64,000 nt of DNA from an uncultured Flavobacteriales bacterium (GCA_963926475.1 CAWUXE010000001.1:24820-88819); one strand, 5' to 3'; shown: positions 28,276 to 39,193, counted from the stretch's first letter. The notes: generated by a model not told the origin, from the sequence alone. Numbers and translations: made by a program.

Positions 28276-29379
28276 AGCATTGTCCCAATCTTTAAAAACA
28301 GGTTCGTAGCCCTGACTTTTAATAACATCGATAAAGGTTTCTGTTGTCCGTTTATCATCAATTTCAAACTGTTCCAAATTCGCTTTTGGATTGGCATATC
28401 CACCGGGGTCCGTTTTAGAATCAGCTGAAATGGAGGTGATGCCTAATTGAATAATGTGATTTCTAAATTTCTCTGATTCGCGCGTCGACATGGATAATTC
28501 CAATTCTTCATTGAGCAAACGATACGCGCAAATGAGTTGAACTAGCTCTCTATCCGTCATTTCAGATTTCAAATCTATGCCTCCAGCGCAAGGACGAAGC
28601 CTTGGAAAAGAAATGGCGTAATGTGTTTTCCAATATGTTTTCTCTAAATAATCGAGATGTGCGGCGCAGAAAAAAGTATCTACTCGCCAATCTTCCAATC
28701 CATATAGAACGCCTAATCCAATTTTGTGAATTCCGGCTTTACCCAATCGATCTGGAGTTTGCAAACGATATTGAAAATTAGACTTCTTCCCTTTAGGGTG
28801 ATGAATTTTATAATCGTCTTCTTTATACGTTTCTTGATAGACCAAAACAGCATAAACACCCTCTTGATTCAGAATTTCATATTCATGCTGATCGAGGGGT
28901 TGCACCTCTATGGAAATTTGAGAAAAAAACGGTTTCAATAATCGAATAGCATTCACAAAATAATCGAGACCAACCGTTTTATTCGCTTCACCTGTCACCA
29001 AAAGTATGTGATCGTAGCCCATCGCCTTGATAATTTCAGCCTCCTTAATGATTTCATCATCAGACAAGGTTTTTCTTGCAATTTTCACATCCAAAGAAAA
29101 TCCGCAATACGTGCATATATTCTGACATTCATTCGACAAATACATAGGAATGTACATCCGCAATGCTTTCCCGAATCGCTTCTGTGTCAGAGCTTTGCTC
29201 CTTTGTGCCATTTCTTCGAGAAAAGGAGCTGCGGCTGGAGAAATCAGAACTTGAAAATCATCCAAGTTTCTTTTTTCTTTATCCAAAGCACGACGAACAT
29301 CTTTTTCCGTTTTGGAATAGATAGCCAACTTGGTTTCGTCCCAATTTAATGTCTCAAAATGTTTGCTGAATGTTTCCAT
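28267..29379 (-). CDS. thiH: 2-iminoacetate synthase ThiH (radical SAM tyrosine lyase)
   Basis: CQNICTYCGF radical-SAM CxxxCxxC motif, 370 aa, in the thi operon. Confidence 0.9.
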   Translation of the reverse strand: METFSKHFETLNWDETKLAIYSKTEKDVRRALDKEKRNLDDFQVLISPAAAPFLEEMAQRSKALTQKRFGKALRMYIPMYLSNECQNICTYCGFSLDVKIARKTLSDDEIIKEAEIIKAMGYDHILLVTGEANKTVGLDYFVNAIRLLKPFFSQISIEVQPLDQHEYEILNQEGVYAVLVYQETYKEDDYKIHHPKGKKSNFQYRLQTPDRLGKAGIHKIGLGVLYGLEDWRVDTFFCAAHLDYLEKTYWKTHYAISFPRLRPCAGGIDLKSEMTDRELVQLICAYRLLNEELELSMSTRESEKFRNHIIQLGITSISADSKTDPGGYANPKANLEQFEIDDKRTTETFIDVIKSQGYEPVFKDWDNALM

Positions 29380-29516
29380 GTTATAACTTTCTTATCATGA
29401 ATATTGTTTTTTCTCTTGCTACGACCGCGAAGCAGCAACGGAGTTAATTGTTCGAATTTTCAAGAATCTAATCCAATATTATTGGCGTCAATTCGCGTAA
29501 TTCATGGCTTAAATTA

Positions 29517-30284
29517 TCAATCCAAAAAAGCAGTCAGCGGCGACGAAGCTTCTGCTCTTTCTGAAATTTGATTCGTTCCTGCTAAAAAGGCCATTCGACC
29601 AGCTTGTACAGCCATTTTAAAGGCCAATGCCATTTGCACTGGATTTTGATTGATGGCAATCGCTGTGTTTACCAAAACTGCATCGGCACCAATTTCCATT
29701 GCTGCAGCTGCATGTGAAGGTGAACCTAAACCGGCATCTACAATAACAGGTACTTTTGCTTGTTCGATTATTATTCTCAGAAAATCTAATGTTTTCAATC
29801 CTTTGTTTGATCCAATTGGCGCGCCCAAAGGCATTACTGCCGTCGTTCCTGCATCTTCCAAATGTTTGCACAAAACTGGGTCGGCGTGTATGTAAGGAAG
29901 CACGATAAATCCTTTCTTGGCCAACTCTTCTGTGGCTTTCAAAGTCTCAATCGGATCGGGCATCAAATATTTGGGTTCCGGATGAATTTCCAATTTAATC
30001 CAATTCGTTTCAAAGGCTTCTCGCGCTAATTCTGCAGCGAAAACGGCTTCTTTAGCTGTTCGAACGCCAGATGTATTGGGCAAAAGATTCATTTTTGGAT
30101 GTCTCAATCGCATCAATAGATCGTCTTCATCAGTGGTTGAAATTCGCTTCAACGCCACCGTAATCAACTCGCTTTCACTCGCCAAAAGTGCCTGCTCCAT
30201 CTCATCGTTGGAACTAAACTTACCTGTTCCTGTGAACAATCGAGATTGAAAAATCTTATCTCCTATTTTAAACGGATCTTGCAT
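29517..30284 (-). CDS. thiG: Thiazole synthase ThiG
   Basis: [25 protein letters not shown]..., [15 protein letters not shown] motifs. Confidence 0.95.
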   Translation of the reverse strand: MQDPFKIGDKIFQSRLFTGTGKFSSNDEMEQALLASESELITVALKRISTTDEDDLLMRLRHPKMNLLPNTSGVRTAKEAVFAAELAREAFETNWIKLEIHPEPKYLMPDPIETLKATEELAKKGFIVLPYIHADPVLCKHLEDAGTTAVMPLGAPIGSNKGLKTLDFLRIIIEQAKVPVIVDAGLGSPSHAAAAMEIGADAVLVNTAIAINQNPVQMALAFKMAVQAGRMAFLAGTNQISERAEASSPLTAFLD

Positions 30285-30933
30285 AATTATTCGTTTTTTG
30301 AACAACTCGTTTTATTAATTCTGAGTCAAAATTATTGTTGTGTAGCAATCCTGAAACAGCTATTCCGTGAACGCCTGTTTTCATGATGCCTTCTATATCT
30401 TTTTCCTCAATTCCACCAATGGCAAAAATGGGTTTAAGCTTGTTTTTTATCTTCAATTCAGAAATCAAATCTTGATATCCTTGAATTCCGAGCACCGATT
30501 TAATTTTTCTTTTGGTAGAAGTAGTTTTGTAGGGTCCTACTCCAAAATACGTCACCATATCAAAGGAATACGAATCTATTTCATTCAAATCATGCGCCGT
30601 ACCACCGACAATTTCAAAGTCAACTAAATCACTTGATTCTTTTGAATCTTCCATCCCAATATGGCAACCATCAGCATTGGATAATCGAGCAATTTCTGGA
30701 TGGTCGTTAATGGTCAAAATCATACTCAGTTCTTTGGTTTTTTCGCGGATCAAATCTGCGATTTCAATAAGCGTTGCTTTGAAATGCAAGTTTGGATGAA
30801 ACTCGGCCAAATCGGCTTCTTTGATTCGCAATTGAACCCATTTCACTCCACCTTCGGCCAAATTATCTAGCCAAGACAGATTTGAAAAATCTTCTTCGGG
30901 ATGCGTTATATATTGAACACGAGGCAAATTCAT
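30268..30933 (-). CDS. thiE: Thiamine-phosphate synthase ThiE
   Basis: [11 protein letters not shown]-barrel phosphate-binding FAIGGI and GIAVSG. First gene after a TPP riboswitch. Confidence 0.8.
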   Translation of the reverse strand: MNLPRVQYITHPEEDFSNLSWLDNLAEGGVKWVQLRIKEADLAEFHPNLHFKATLIEIADLIREKTKELSMILTINDHPEIARLSNADGCHIGMEDSKESSDLVDFEIVGGTAHDLNEIDSYSFDMVTYFGVGPYKTTSTKRKIKSVLGIQGYQDLISELKIKNKLKPIFAIGGIEEKDIEGIMKTGVHGIAVSGLLHNNNFDSELIKRVVQKTNNYARSV

Positions 30934-30983
30934 TTCCTATACAAATTGGTGAAAACTTTTAGGAACGCCGAGCGTCTCACTTT

Positions 30984-31062
30984 TTCCCTTCGGCAGCATT
31001 ATCCGCATCAGGTCATGAGGGTATTTCTCAGAATGACGTGAAATTGTCAGACACCCCTAAAA
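30984..31062 (-). promoter_or_regulatory. TPP (THI-box) riboswitch aptamer controlling thiE-thiG-thiH
   Basis: Minus strand reads aggggtgtc...ctgagaaataccct.atgacctgatgcggataatgctgccgaaggga, matching the TPP riboswitch core. Confidence 0.85.
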
Positions 31063-31122
31063 GTTTTGGTAAAGATAGCGAATAAAAAATTCTATTCTTT
31101 ATCATATTTAAAATGAATTTGC

Positions 31123-31142
31123 TTCCCTCCTTGAGGAGGGAA
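31123..31142. repeat. Palindromic hairpin repeat TTCCCTCC-ttga-GGAGGGAA (copy 2 of 3)
   Basis: Perfect 8-bp stem, located between the two divergent thi promoters. Confidence 0.6.
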
Positions 31143-31187
31143 AATAAAAAAGATACAAACTTGAAATAGTTTCTAGTGAATAATTCG

Positions 31188-31195
31188 TAATTTTG
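31188..31195 (+). promoter_or_regulatory. -7 promoter box TAATTTTG upstream of the plus-strand TPP riboswitch
   Basis: TAnnTTTG match about 10 nt before the riboswitch 5' end. Confidence 0.45.
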
Positions 31196-31204
31196 ACTCT
31201 GACT

Positions 31205-31270
31205 TTAGGGGTGTCCGCGGACTGAGAAATACCCTTCGAACTTGAATCGGCTGACACCGACGGAAGGAAA
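31205..31270 (+). promoter_or_regulatory. TPP (THI-box) riboswitch aptamer controlling thiS-thiC-thiE-like-thiD
   Basis: ttaggggtgtccgcggactgagaaatacccttcgaacttgaatcggctgacaccgacggaaggaaa contains the ggggtg..ctgaga..accc..ga.c.tga core. Confidence 0.8.
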
Positions 31271-31316
31271 AGCGTTAGACCAATTTGGTTTTCCCCTGAA
31301 GCATATTTTAAATGAA

Positions 31317-31517
31317 ATGGAAGTAAAATTCAACGGAGATAAAATATCCACTTCTTCGAGTAACTTGTCCGAAATTTTATCGGAAAACAAGTTGTTAGGG
31401 AAAATAGGAATTGCTGTAGCGATCAACAACACGGTTATTCCAAAATCTGATTGGAATGAAACTCCATTGAACCAAAATGACGAGATTTTAATAATTACAG
31501 CTGCTGCTGGCGGTTAA
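31317..31517 (+). CDS. thiS: Sulfur-carrier protein ThiS
   Basis: 66-aa product ending in the diagnostic C-terminal GG (ITAAAGG). Internal ATG chosen because the listed longer ORF would overlap the riboswitch. Confidence 0.85.
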   Translation: MEVKFNGDKISTSSSNLSEILSENKLLGKIGIAVAINNTVIPKSDWNETPLNQNDEILIITAAAGG

Positions 31518-33410
<1,893 letters not shown>

Positions 33411-33438
33411 TTTTAAGTAGAGTAATTAGTTTTAGAGC

Positions 33439-33458
33439 CTCCCTCCTCAAGGAGGGAG
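33439..33458. repeat. Palindromic hairpin repeat CTCCCTCC-tcaa-GGAGGGAG (copy 3 of 3)
   Basis: 18-nt core is the exact reverse complement of copy 2. Ends 7 nt before the ATG at 33466. Confidence 0.6.
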
Positions 33459-33465
33459 ATGAAAT

Positions 33466-34032
33466 ATGTCGAAAATCATAATCATATCGCCTGAATCTCA
33501 TTTTCCAAACGAAACTAAACTCGTTCAGGAAATGTTGGAATTGAATACTGATTTTAGATTTCATCTTCGGAAACCAAATTGGACTTTAGTGGAATGTGAA
33601 CGCTTTTTGAAAGAAATATCGACATCATTCCATTCCAGAATATCGATACATCAACACTTTGAATTGACGGATCCTTTTCCAGAAATTCAGACTCATTTAC
33701 CTGAAAAGAAACGTTCCGAAAGAAAAGGTATTTCCACTTCTTTTCATACTGAAAAGGATATGATGTATGATTGGGAAAAATTCGATTATTTCTTCTGCTC
33801 GCCACTGTTTCCTAGTATTTCTAAGAATGGCTATTCTACGGATGAAAAATGGGATATCAACGACTGCTCTGAAGAAATAAAGAGAAAAGCAGTAGCTTTA
33901 GGCGGAATGACAGCGAAAAGCATTTCAGAAGCGAGAAAAACGGGGTTTCAAAACTTTGCTTTTCTTGGTGAAATTTGGCTGTCGGAAAACCCAATTGAAA
34001 CCTTCAAAGAAATTGTAATTCATGCCCAATAA
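33466..34032 (+). CDS. Thiamine-phosphate synthase-like protein (second, divergent ThiE/TenI-family copy)
   Basis: FHLRKPNW, FFCSPLFPS, ALGGM blocks resemble the ThiE fold. Position is between thiC and thiD. Confidence 0.6.
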   Translation: MSKIIIISPESHFPNETKLVQEMLELNTDFRFHLRKPNWTLVECERFLKEISTSFHSRISIHQHFELTDPFPEIQTHLPEKKRSERKGISTSFHTEKDMMYDWEKFDYFFCSPLFPSISKNGYSTDEKWDINDCSEEIKRKAVALGGMTAKSISEARKTGFQNFAFLGEIWLSENPIETFKEIVIHAQ

Positions 34033-34738
34033 ACGACCATACTGTTTGACAATTGCTGGTTTCGATCCAAGTGGCGGAGCAGGAATACTTGCGGATATAA
34101 AAACCTACGAGCAGCATCGTTGCCAAGGACTCGCCGTAGTGACTGCAAATACTATTCAAACGGAAGACTCCTTCGAAAAAACGGAATGGGTAACTGAGGA
34201 TACTATCCTTCTTCAATTGAAGACTTTAATGAGTCGATACAAAGTGAGATTCTTTAAAATTGGTTTGATTGAATCTGGCGAAATGTTGGAGGAAGTTCTA
34301 CAGGTAATTCATGCGAATTGTGATGCTCCAACCATAATCTGGGACCCAATAATCGGTGCAACGGTAGGTGGAGAATTTGATAAAAATCGGTTTTCAATCT
34401 TCCTGAAAGAGAACAAATTTGCAGATCTTATCATTACCCCTAATTTACCTGAATATGAATCTCTTGGGTTGAAAAGTAGTGCCAATTTGGTATATCTAAA
34501 AGGTGGTCATTCGATTAAAAAAGGCCACGATGTTTTGTTTTGGAAAGGAAATCAATATCCATTCGCGCCAAAAATAAAAACTGATTTCCAAAAGCATGGA
34601 ACAGGTTGTATATTCTCTTCTGCCCTTTTATCTAATTTGGCACTTGATTATCCAATGATAAAATCTTGTTTGAGAGCTAAACGGTATGTGGAAAAAAGGA
34701 TTGTTTCGAACCCGAGTTTGTTGGCTTGGCATAAGTGA
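34022..34738 (+). CDS. thiD: Hydroxymethylpyrimidine/phosphomethylpyrimidine kinase ThiD
   Basis: LTIAGFDPSGGAGILADIKT N-terminal motif and GTGC near the C-terminus. Confidence 0.85.
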   Translation: MPNKRPYCLTIAGFDPSGGAGILADIKTYEQHRCQGLAVVTANTIQTEDSFEKTEWVTEDTILLQLKTLMSRYKVRFFKIGLIESGEMLEEVLQVIHANCDAPTIIWDPIIGATVGGEFDKNRFSIFLKENKFADLIITPNLPEYESLGLKSSANLVYLKGGHSIKKGHDVLFWKGNQYPFAPKIKTDFQKHGTGCIFSSALLSNLALDYPMIKSCLRAKRYVEKRIVSNPSLLAWHK

Positions 34739-34753
34739 AATGTCAATTACGCT

Positions 34754-35590
34754 TTAAGAATACACCGCTTTCAAGCTCATATCCAAGCTCTTTGCAGAAT
34801 GCGTCAATGCGCCAACCGAAATGCATTGAACGCCTGTTTCGGCATAGGATCGGATAGTTTCTAGGGTAATCCCGCCAGAAGCTTCGGTTTCGTATTGTTT
34901 AGGAATTGTTGGTAGAACAGCTGAAATCCTTGCTGGCGTGAAATTGTCGAGCATAATTCTGTCTACATTTCCCGTTTCCAAAACTTGTTTGAGTTCGTCT
35001 TCGTTTCTGACTTCGATTTCAATTTTCAAATCCAAATTATTGGATTTCACATATTCATTCGCTCGTTCGATTGCCTGACGTATTCCACCCGCATAATCGA
35101 CATGATTATCCTTCAACATAATCATATCGTACAAGGCAAAACGATGATTTTCGCCACCTCCAATTTTCACTGCCCATTTTTCCATGAAACGAATTCCAGG
35201 CGTTGTTTTACGGGTATCTAGAAGCTTCGTATTTGTTCCTTCTATGATTTTTACTATGCTATTAGTCTTTGTAGCAATTCCAGACATTCTTTGCATGAAA
35301 TTGAGCACCAAACGCTCTGTCGTTAAGATAGATCGAGAACTTCCTTCTACAGTAAATGCGATATCTCCATACTTGACAGGTGTGCCGTCAGGTATAAGAG
35401 TATTCATTTTTAAAGTTGGGTCAAACTGATGAAAAATCTTTTTTGCTAATTCTACTCCAGCCAGAATACCTTCATCTTTGATGAGCAATTTTGCGGTTCC
35501 TTTGGCATTTTCTGGAACACATGAAAGTGTTGAATGATCGCCAGGTCCAATGTCCTCGCGAAGGGCGTTTTCGATAATTTCTTCAATCAT
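34754..35590 (-). CDS. nadC: Nicotinate-nucleotide pyrophosphorylase (quinolinate phosphoribosyltransferase) NadC
   Basis: ALREDIGPGDHST, TRKTTPG, MLKDNH, IEVEV, MLDNF blocks. Confidence 0.95.
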   Translation of the reverse strand: MIEEIIENALREDIGPGDHSTLSCVPENAKGTAKLLIKDEGILAGVELAKKIFHQFDPTLKMNTLIPDGTPVKYGDIAFTVEGSSRSILTTERLVLNFMQRMSGIATKTNSIVKIIEGTNTKLLDTRKTTPGIRFMEKWAVKIGGGENHRFALYDMIMLKDNHVDYAGGIRQAIERANEYVKSNNLDLKIEIEVRNEDELKQVLETGNVDRIMLDNFTPARISAVLPTIPKQYETEASGGITLETIRSYAETGVQCISVGALTHSAKSLDMSLKAVYS

Positions 35591-35598
35591 AGAGCAAA
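35565..35598. repeat. 34-bp direct repeat, copy A (contains the functional nadC start codon and first 8 codons)
   Basis: gcgttttcgataatttcttcaatcatagagcaaa is identical base-for-base to 37845-37878. Confidence 0.95.
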
Positions 35599-35604
35599 AA
35601 ATTA

Positions 35605-36126
35605 CTACTCAATTACTAAAGGATAATCCTCCACTTCTCCATAAGAATCATTCTCAAAACAAGGGTCACTGCTTATCGTACTTCCTGCTCTTACAATGAA
35701 TCTGGCATAATATTCCCCTTTAACTGCATTAGAAGGAACCGTTATAGACTTCGTCACACTAGTAAAGTTGATGTTACTAGAAATCAATACACTTTCATCC
35801 GAATCTAAAAAGTCACCATCTCCATTCCAATCAAAATAAGCATAGATACCAACAGCTGGACTTGTAGTTTGAAAGTTAACTTGCAGATCATAGGCCTGTC
35901 CTTTTTTAACTTTGATAATCTTGTCTTTATAAAAATTATTTGGACCTGTTCCAAAGGTGTTATTGGTCATACCTGCCATTGAAACTTGACTGAAAAAATC
36001 CTCACTTGAATTATAAAATGTTATAACGCAAGGTAATTTTTTAACATTCCATGTAAAGTCATCTTTTGTACAGCTGAACAAAATTAAACTAGATAGAAAT
36101 GTGATATTACGAGTCATTGAATTCAT
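35605..36126 (-). CDS. Lipoprotein with C-terminal GEVED domain, function unknown
   Basis: Lipobox-like LILFSC signal and the literal C-terminal motif YGEVEDY. Confidence 0.6.
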   Translation of the reverse strand: MNSMTRNITFLSSLILFSCTKDDFTWNVKKLPCVITFYNSSEDFFSQVSMAGMTNNTFGTGPNNFYKDKIIKVKKGQAYDLQVNFQTTSPAVGIYAYFDWNGDGDFLDSDESVLISSNINFTSVTKSITVPSNAVKGEYYARFIVRAGSTISSDPCFENDSYGEVEDYPLVIE

Positions 36127-36128
36127 AA

Positions 36129-37664
36129 TTAAAATTTTGATAGTTTAACATCTATAGGAGATTCTTTTAGTTTTTTTCTGTAGTAGGCCGATTTTTTAAT
36201 GTTACCGAACCCTTTTACTAAAGACCAAGAGAAATCATAAACATAAGCAAGTCCAACAGCACCTATACAGACCATAAATAATTTTCGATCTGCATTAACA
36301 GCATCATAAGCTTCACTTGCTGCATTTTGATTTTGCGCTTCTTGATATGCTTTGTAATCGAGATTCTCCAAAACTTTGGTCACACCAGCCATAGATACAG
36401 ATAAGAGATAGGCGGATCCCGTTAGATATCCATTTTGACCACTTGAAACCTTACTTGCACCCCATCCTGGCAATACCAAAGAACAAAAAGCATATTGTGG
36501 ACCTGCATTCAACTTATAATCAATAAGTCGGATGTCTTTATCGGCTTGTTGATTACCATCAATTTTTATAAGTTTGGATTTGACATCAAAAGTGAAATTG
36601 CCATATTTATAGGATTGGGCATTGATGTAATCCTTAAAATCGCTTGGATTAATTTTAAAATACTTGTCAACCCCATTGATCCCTTTTCCATCTGAAACAA
36701 CATACTCATCAGATGAATTCCAATTAGCATCTATGGTAAAACTATCGTGAGAATTAACATAATAGCTAAATTTCTTGGATGGCGATAAGGTATTAGAAGT
36801 TAGAATATTGCTTATCTTTTTAAGAACAACTTCATTACTCACACCTTCAATTCGAGAATTATTTACACCATTTGTATCAAACTGAATAGAAACCTTAAAT
36901 TGGTAGGAGCCTTCAGGAGTATCATTAATTTCATTATTTAAAAGATTAGTGATTTCTCTTTTGAGATTGTTTAAGCTATTGCTGTTATCTTCTCGATAAA
37001 CATAACCTGCACCAGATCTAATAGAGAAAAATATAGTTATTTCATTCGACTTTTGATTTGCATCTACATGATTAGGATCTAACTTAAGCACTTCTTTGAA
37101 ATAATTTTGCGCCTCGTATAGTTTATTAGATTTATAAAATTCAAGAGCCTTAGAATGTGTAAGTTCAATTTTTCTTGCAAGTTCAATTTGAGCTTGTCTG
37201 ATCCTTTCTTGTTCGATTTCCTCTTGTTCTATCCGCAAGGCCTCCAAGCGCATACGCTCTTGTTCTTCACGTTCTTCTGCAATTTGCTGGGGAGTCTTAT
37301 AAAATTTTACATCCAAAATTTCAGAACCCCAAGACATACCTTCAAAACTTCTATAATATCTAAGTATTCTCCTATTAGAAAGGGCAATGGTAGGTGTTTT
37401 TCCTAATTCATAACCTTGAATATTAACCTTAAAAGTTTGGGTTTTATTATGTTCGTAAAATCCGCCTACATCGTCATAAACCCACACTCTCATTTTAATT
37501 TCCTTAATTACATAAGGCGAATTATTTTGAAGATCTATTCTGAAGGATTTAAGAGAATAGCCAGAACTACCATATTCCCATCTTGCATAATTTGCCGATG
37601 GATAATCTTGACCGTAACTAACAGAGAAGAAAAATAATAATATTATAAGTAAGTACCTTGCCAT
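36129..37664 (-). CDS. Hypothetical secreted/membrane protein with E/R-rich coiled coil, TPR-like motif and C-terminal TM helices
   Basis: Signal peptide MARYLLIILLFFFSVSYGQ. EEREEQERMRLEALRIEQEEIEQERIRQAQIE. ...LVLPGWGASK... and a hydrophobic segment near the C-terminus. No family recognised. Confidence 0.55.
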   Translation of the reverse strand: MARYLLIILLFFFSVSYGQDYPSANYARWEYGSSGYSLKSFRIDLQNNSPYVIKEIKMRVWVYDDVGGFYEHNKTQTFKVNIQGYELGKTPTIALSNRRILRYYRSFEGMSWGSEILDVKFYKTPQQIAEEREEQERMRLEALRIEQEEIEQERIRQAQIELARKIELTHSKALEFYKSNKLYEAQNYFKEVLKLDPNHVDANQKSNEITIFFSIRSGAGYVYREDNSNSLNNLKREITNLLNNEINDTPEGSYQFKVSIQFDTNGVNNSRIEGVSNEVVLKKISNILTSNTLSPSKKFSYYVNSHDSFTIDANWNSSDEYVVSDGKGINGVDKYFKINPSDFKDYINAQSYKYGNFTFDVKSKLIKIDGNQQADKDIRLIDYKLNAGPQYAFCSLVLPGWGASKVSSGQNGYLTGSAYLLSVSMAGVTKVLENLDYKAYQEAQNQNAASEAYDAVNADRKLFMVCIGAVGLAYVYDFSWSLVKGFGNIKKSAYYRKKLKESPIDVKLSKF

Positions 37665-37844
37665 AACTATTTTAATAAATGTTGTCACCAAAATAACAAA
37701 AAATTCAATGCTAAATAAATTCTATTCTAAACTTTCATGCATAAATAATGATTTCTTAAAATAGTTTGATATTTAAGAATGATTTGAATGTTGAATATCT
37801 ACAAACACTTTTCTCGATATAAGCCCAGCAAGCTTTGGCCACTT

Positions 37845-37878
37845 GCGTTTTCGATAATTTCTTCAATCATAGAGCAAA
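37845..37878. repeat. 34-bp direct repeat, copy B (orphan copy of the nadC 5' end)
   Basis: Identical to 35565-35598. Read on the minus strand it opens a 23-codon ORF, MIEEIIENASGQSLLGLYREKCL*, sharing only the first 8 residues (plus 2 nt of the ninth, Ala, codon) with NadC. Confidence 0.95.
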
Positions 37879-37893
37879 GATAAAAATCTGACT

Positions 37894-38277
37894 CTAATTT
37901 TCTATGTTCAAGGTCTCGATAAGATATTTGCCGTTGACCTTTTTGAAGTGGAAGGTTACTCTGAAAACATTACCATTAACGGTGTAATTACCAATTGAAA
38001 AAGCGCTTGCCCCTTCTTTCCCAGGATGGATAATCTCGAATTTACCTTTGGGATATTTGGTAAAAAAATCTTTTAGGATCAATTTCGCTTGCGACTTCGA
38101 ATAGGCACCATCTTTACCGAGAACCGTCATCAAAACCTTTTCATTCATCAGGCTTTCTATTGCTCCAGCATCACTAGCTTTAAAGGCTTTCTCAATTTCG
38201 GCATGCGGCAAACTGGAAATTCCAGAGATGCTCAAGATTGCGGTCGCAATGAAAATATATAGGTAACTCATGATCAA
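37894..38277 (-). CDS. Small secreted protein, DUF4783-like
   Basis: Signal peptide and about 125-aa size. The pattern AFKASDAGAIESLM...LILKDFF resembles DUF4783, as I recall it next to nadC in Bacteroidota. Confidence 0.5.
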   Translation of the reverse strand: MIMSYLYIFIATAILSISGISSLPHAEIEKAFKASDAGAIESLMNEKVLMTVLGKDGAYSKSQAKLILKDFFTKYPKGKFEIIHPGKEGASAFSIGNYTVNGNVFRVTFHFKKVNGKYLIETLNIEN

Positions 38278-38355
38278 TAATTTTAACCAAATTTAGCAAA
38301 AACAATGCCGTAATTCAAGCTTGTAAAGTTAAATGAACAAATGTACCTTCGCGAT

Positions 38356-38829
38356 GTGAAAATAAAAGTCATTTGCATAGGGAAAACAGGTAAAAGCTTT
38401 CTAGTCGAAGGTGAAAACGAATATTTGAAGCGCCTGAAGCATTATGTACCGTTCGAAAAAGTAGAAATTCCCGATATTAAAAACGCAAAAAAACTGTCGC
38501 AAGTAGAGGTGAAAACTCTCGAGAGCAAAGAAATTTTGGCTAAAATAGACAGCTCGGATTACGTCGTAGTTTTAGACGAAAAAGGAAAAGAATTTACCAG
38601 TGAACAATTTGCCGAATACTTTCAAAAAAGATTCAATCAGGGCGGTAAAACGATTGTTTTTATCATTGGTGGAGCCTTTGGGTTTTCCGCTGAATTGTAT
38701 GCGCGAGCGAACGGTAAAATTGCACTTTCGAAGATGACTTTTTCGCATCAAATGATTCGAATGCTGTTTTTTGAACAAGTTTATCGAGCGATGACCATTT
38801 TGAAGGGTGAACCTTATCATCATAGTTGA
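38356..38829 (+). CDS. rlmH: 23S rRNA (pseudouridine1915-N3)-methyltransferase RlmH
   Basis: VKIKVICIGKT start (GTG), IIGGAFG and EQVYRAMTILKGEPYHH C-terminus. 157 aa as typical. Confidence 0.9.
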   Translation: MKIKVICIGKTGKSFLVEGENEYLKRLKHYVPFEKVEIPDIKNAKKLSQVEVKTLESKEILAKIDSSDYVVVLDEKGKEFTSEQFAEYFQKRFNQGGKTIVFIIGGAFGFSAELYARANGKIALSKMTFSHQMIRMLFFEQVYRAMTILKGEPYHHS

Positions 38830-38874
38830 TTTGAATCTCAACAAATCTTTTATCTTTGGTTTTAATAACAATCC

Positions 38875-39114
38875 ATGAATAGTTTCACCCAATTCGATGT
38901 TTTTTCTGCCATATCATGTATACTCTGGCTTGGAATAGTCGTAATTCTTGCAGCTTGGCATTACAGCAGTATTCGAGAAAAAAGCTGCGCTAAATATTTC
39001 TCACCCACGTTTTACTTCAAATTAATTTCTGCCGTCGGATTCGCGGTAGTGCATTTGTACGTTTATCAGGATGGCGGCTCATATCACGTCTGTTTCGCCC
39101 TTTTATGTGGATAA
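38875..39114 (+). CDS. 79-codon membrane-protein ORF, possibly the N-terminal remnant of a larger polytopic protein
   Basis: Two hydrophobic helices, then an abrupt stop. No recognisable full-length family. Confidence 0.3.
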   Translation: MNSFTQFDVFSAISCILWLGIVVILAAWHYSSIREKSCAKYFSPTFYFKLISAVGFAVVHLYVYQDGGSYHVCFALLCG

Positions 39115-39193
39115 CCAAAGCCAATTCACTGGAAAGAATGGGACGACTTTACAAAATGGGTTCCAAAGAAAAATATACTCAACTTTTTATATC

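Larger units (their letters stand above)
35599..37844 (-). mobile_element. Putative inserted two-gene cassette (no recombinase seen)
   Basis: Segment lies exactly between the two 34-bp repeat copies and separates nadC from its expected upstream neighbour. It carries only two genes of unknown function. Confidence 0.4.

Noticed and set aside
29380-29516. 137-bp spacer between thiG and thiH sharing a gaccgcgaa 9-mer with the 7481-7582 element
   Set aside because: A single shared 9-mer in 128 kb of two-strand sequence is about what chance predicts. No further similarity or structure was seen.
31242-31316. Longer 91-aa version of thiS starting at 31242
   Set aside because: The extension overlaps the TPP riboswitch aptamer. 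ThiS proteins are about 66 aa, and the internal ATG at 31317 gives the canonical length ending in GG.
39071-39193. Longer 233-aa version of rdgB
   Set aside because: RdgB/HAM1 proteins are about 190-200 aa and begin with MKI.F.T.N..K. The upstream extension has no similarity and overlaps the preceding ORF.
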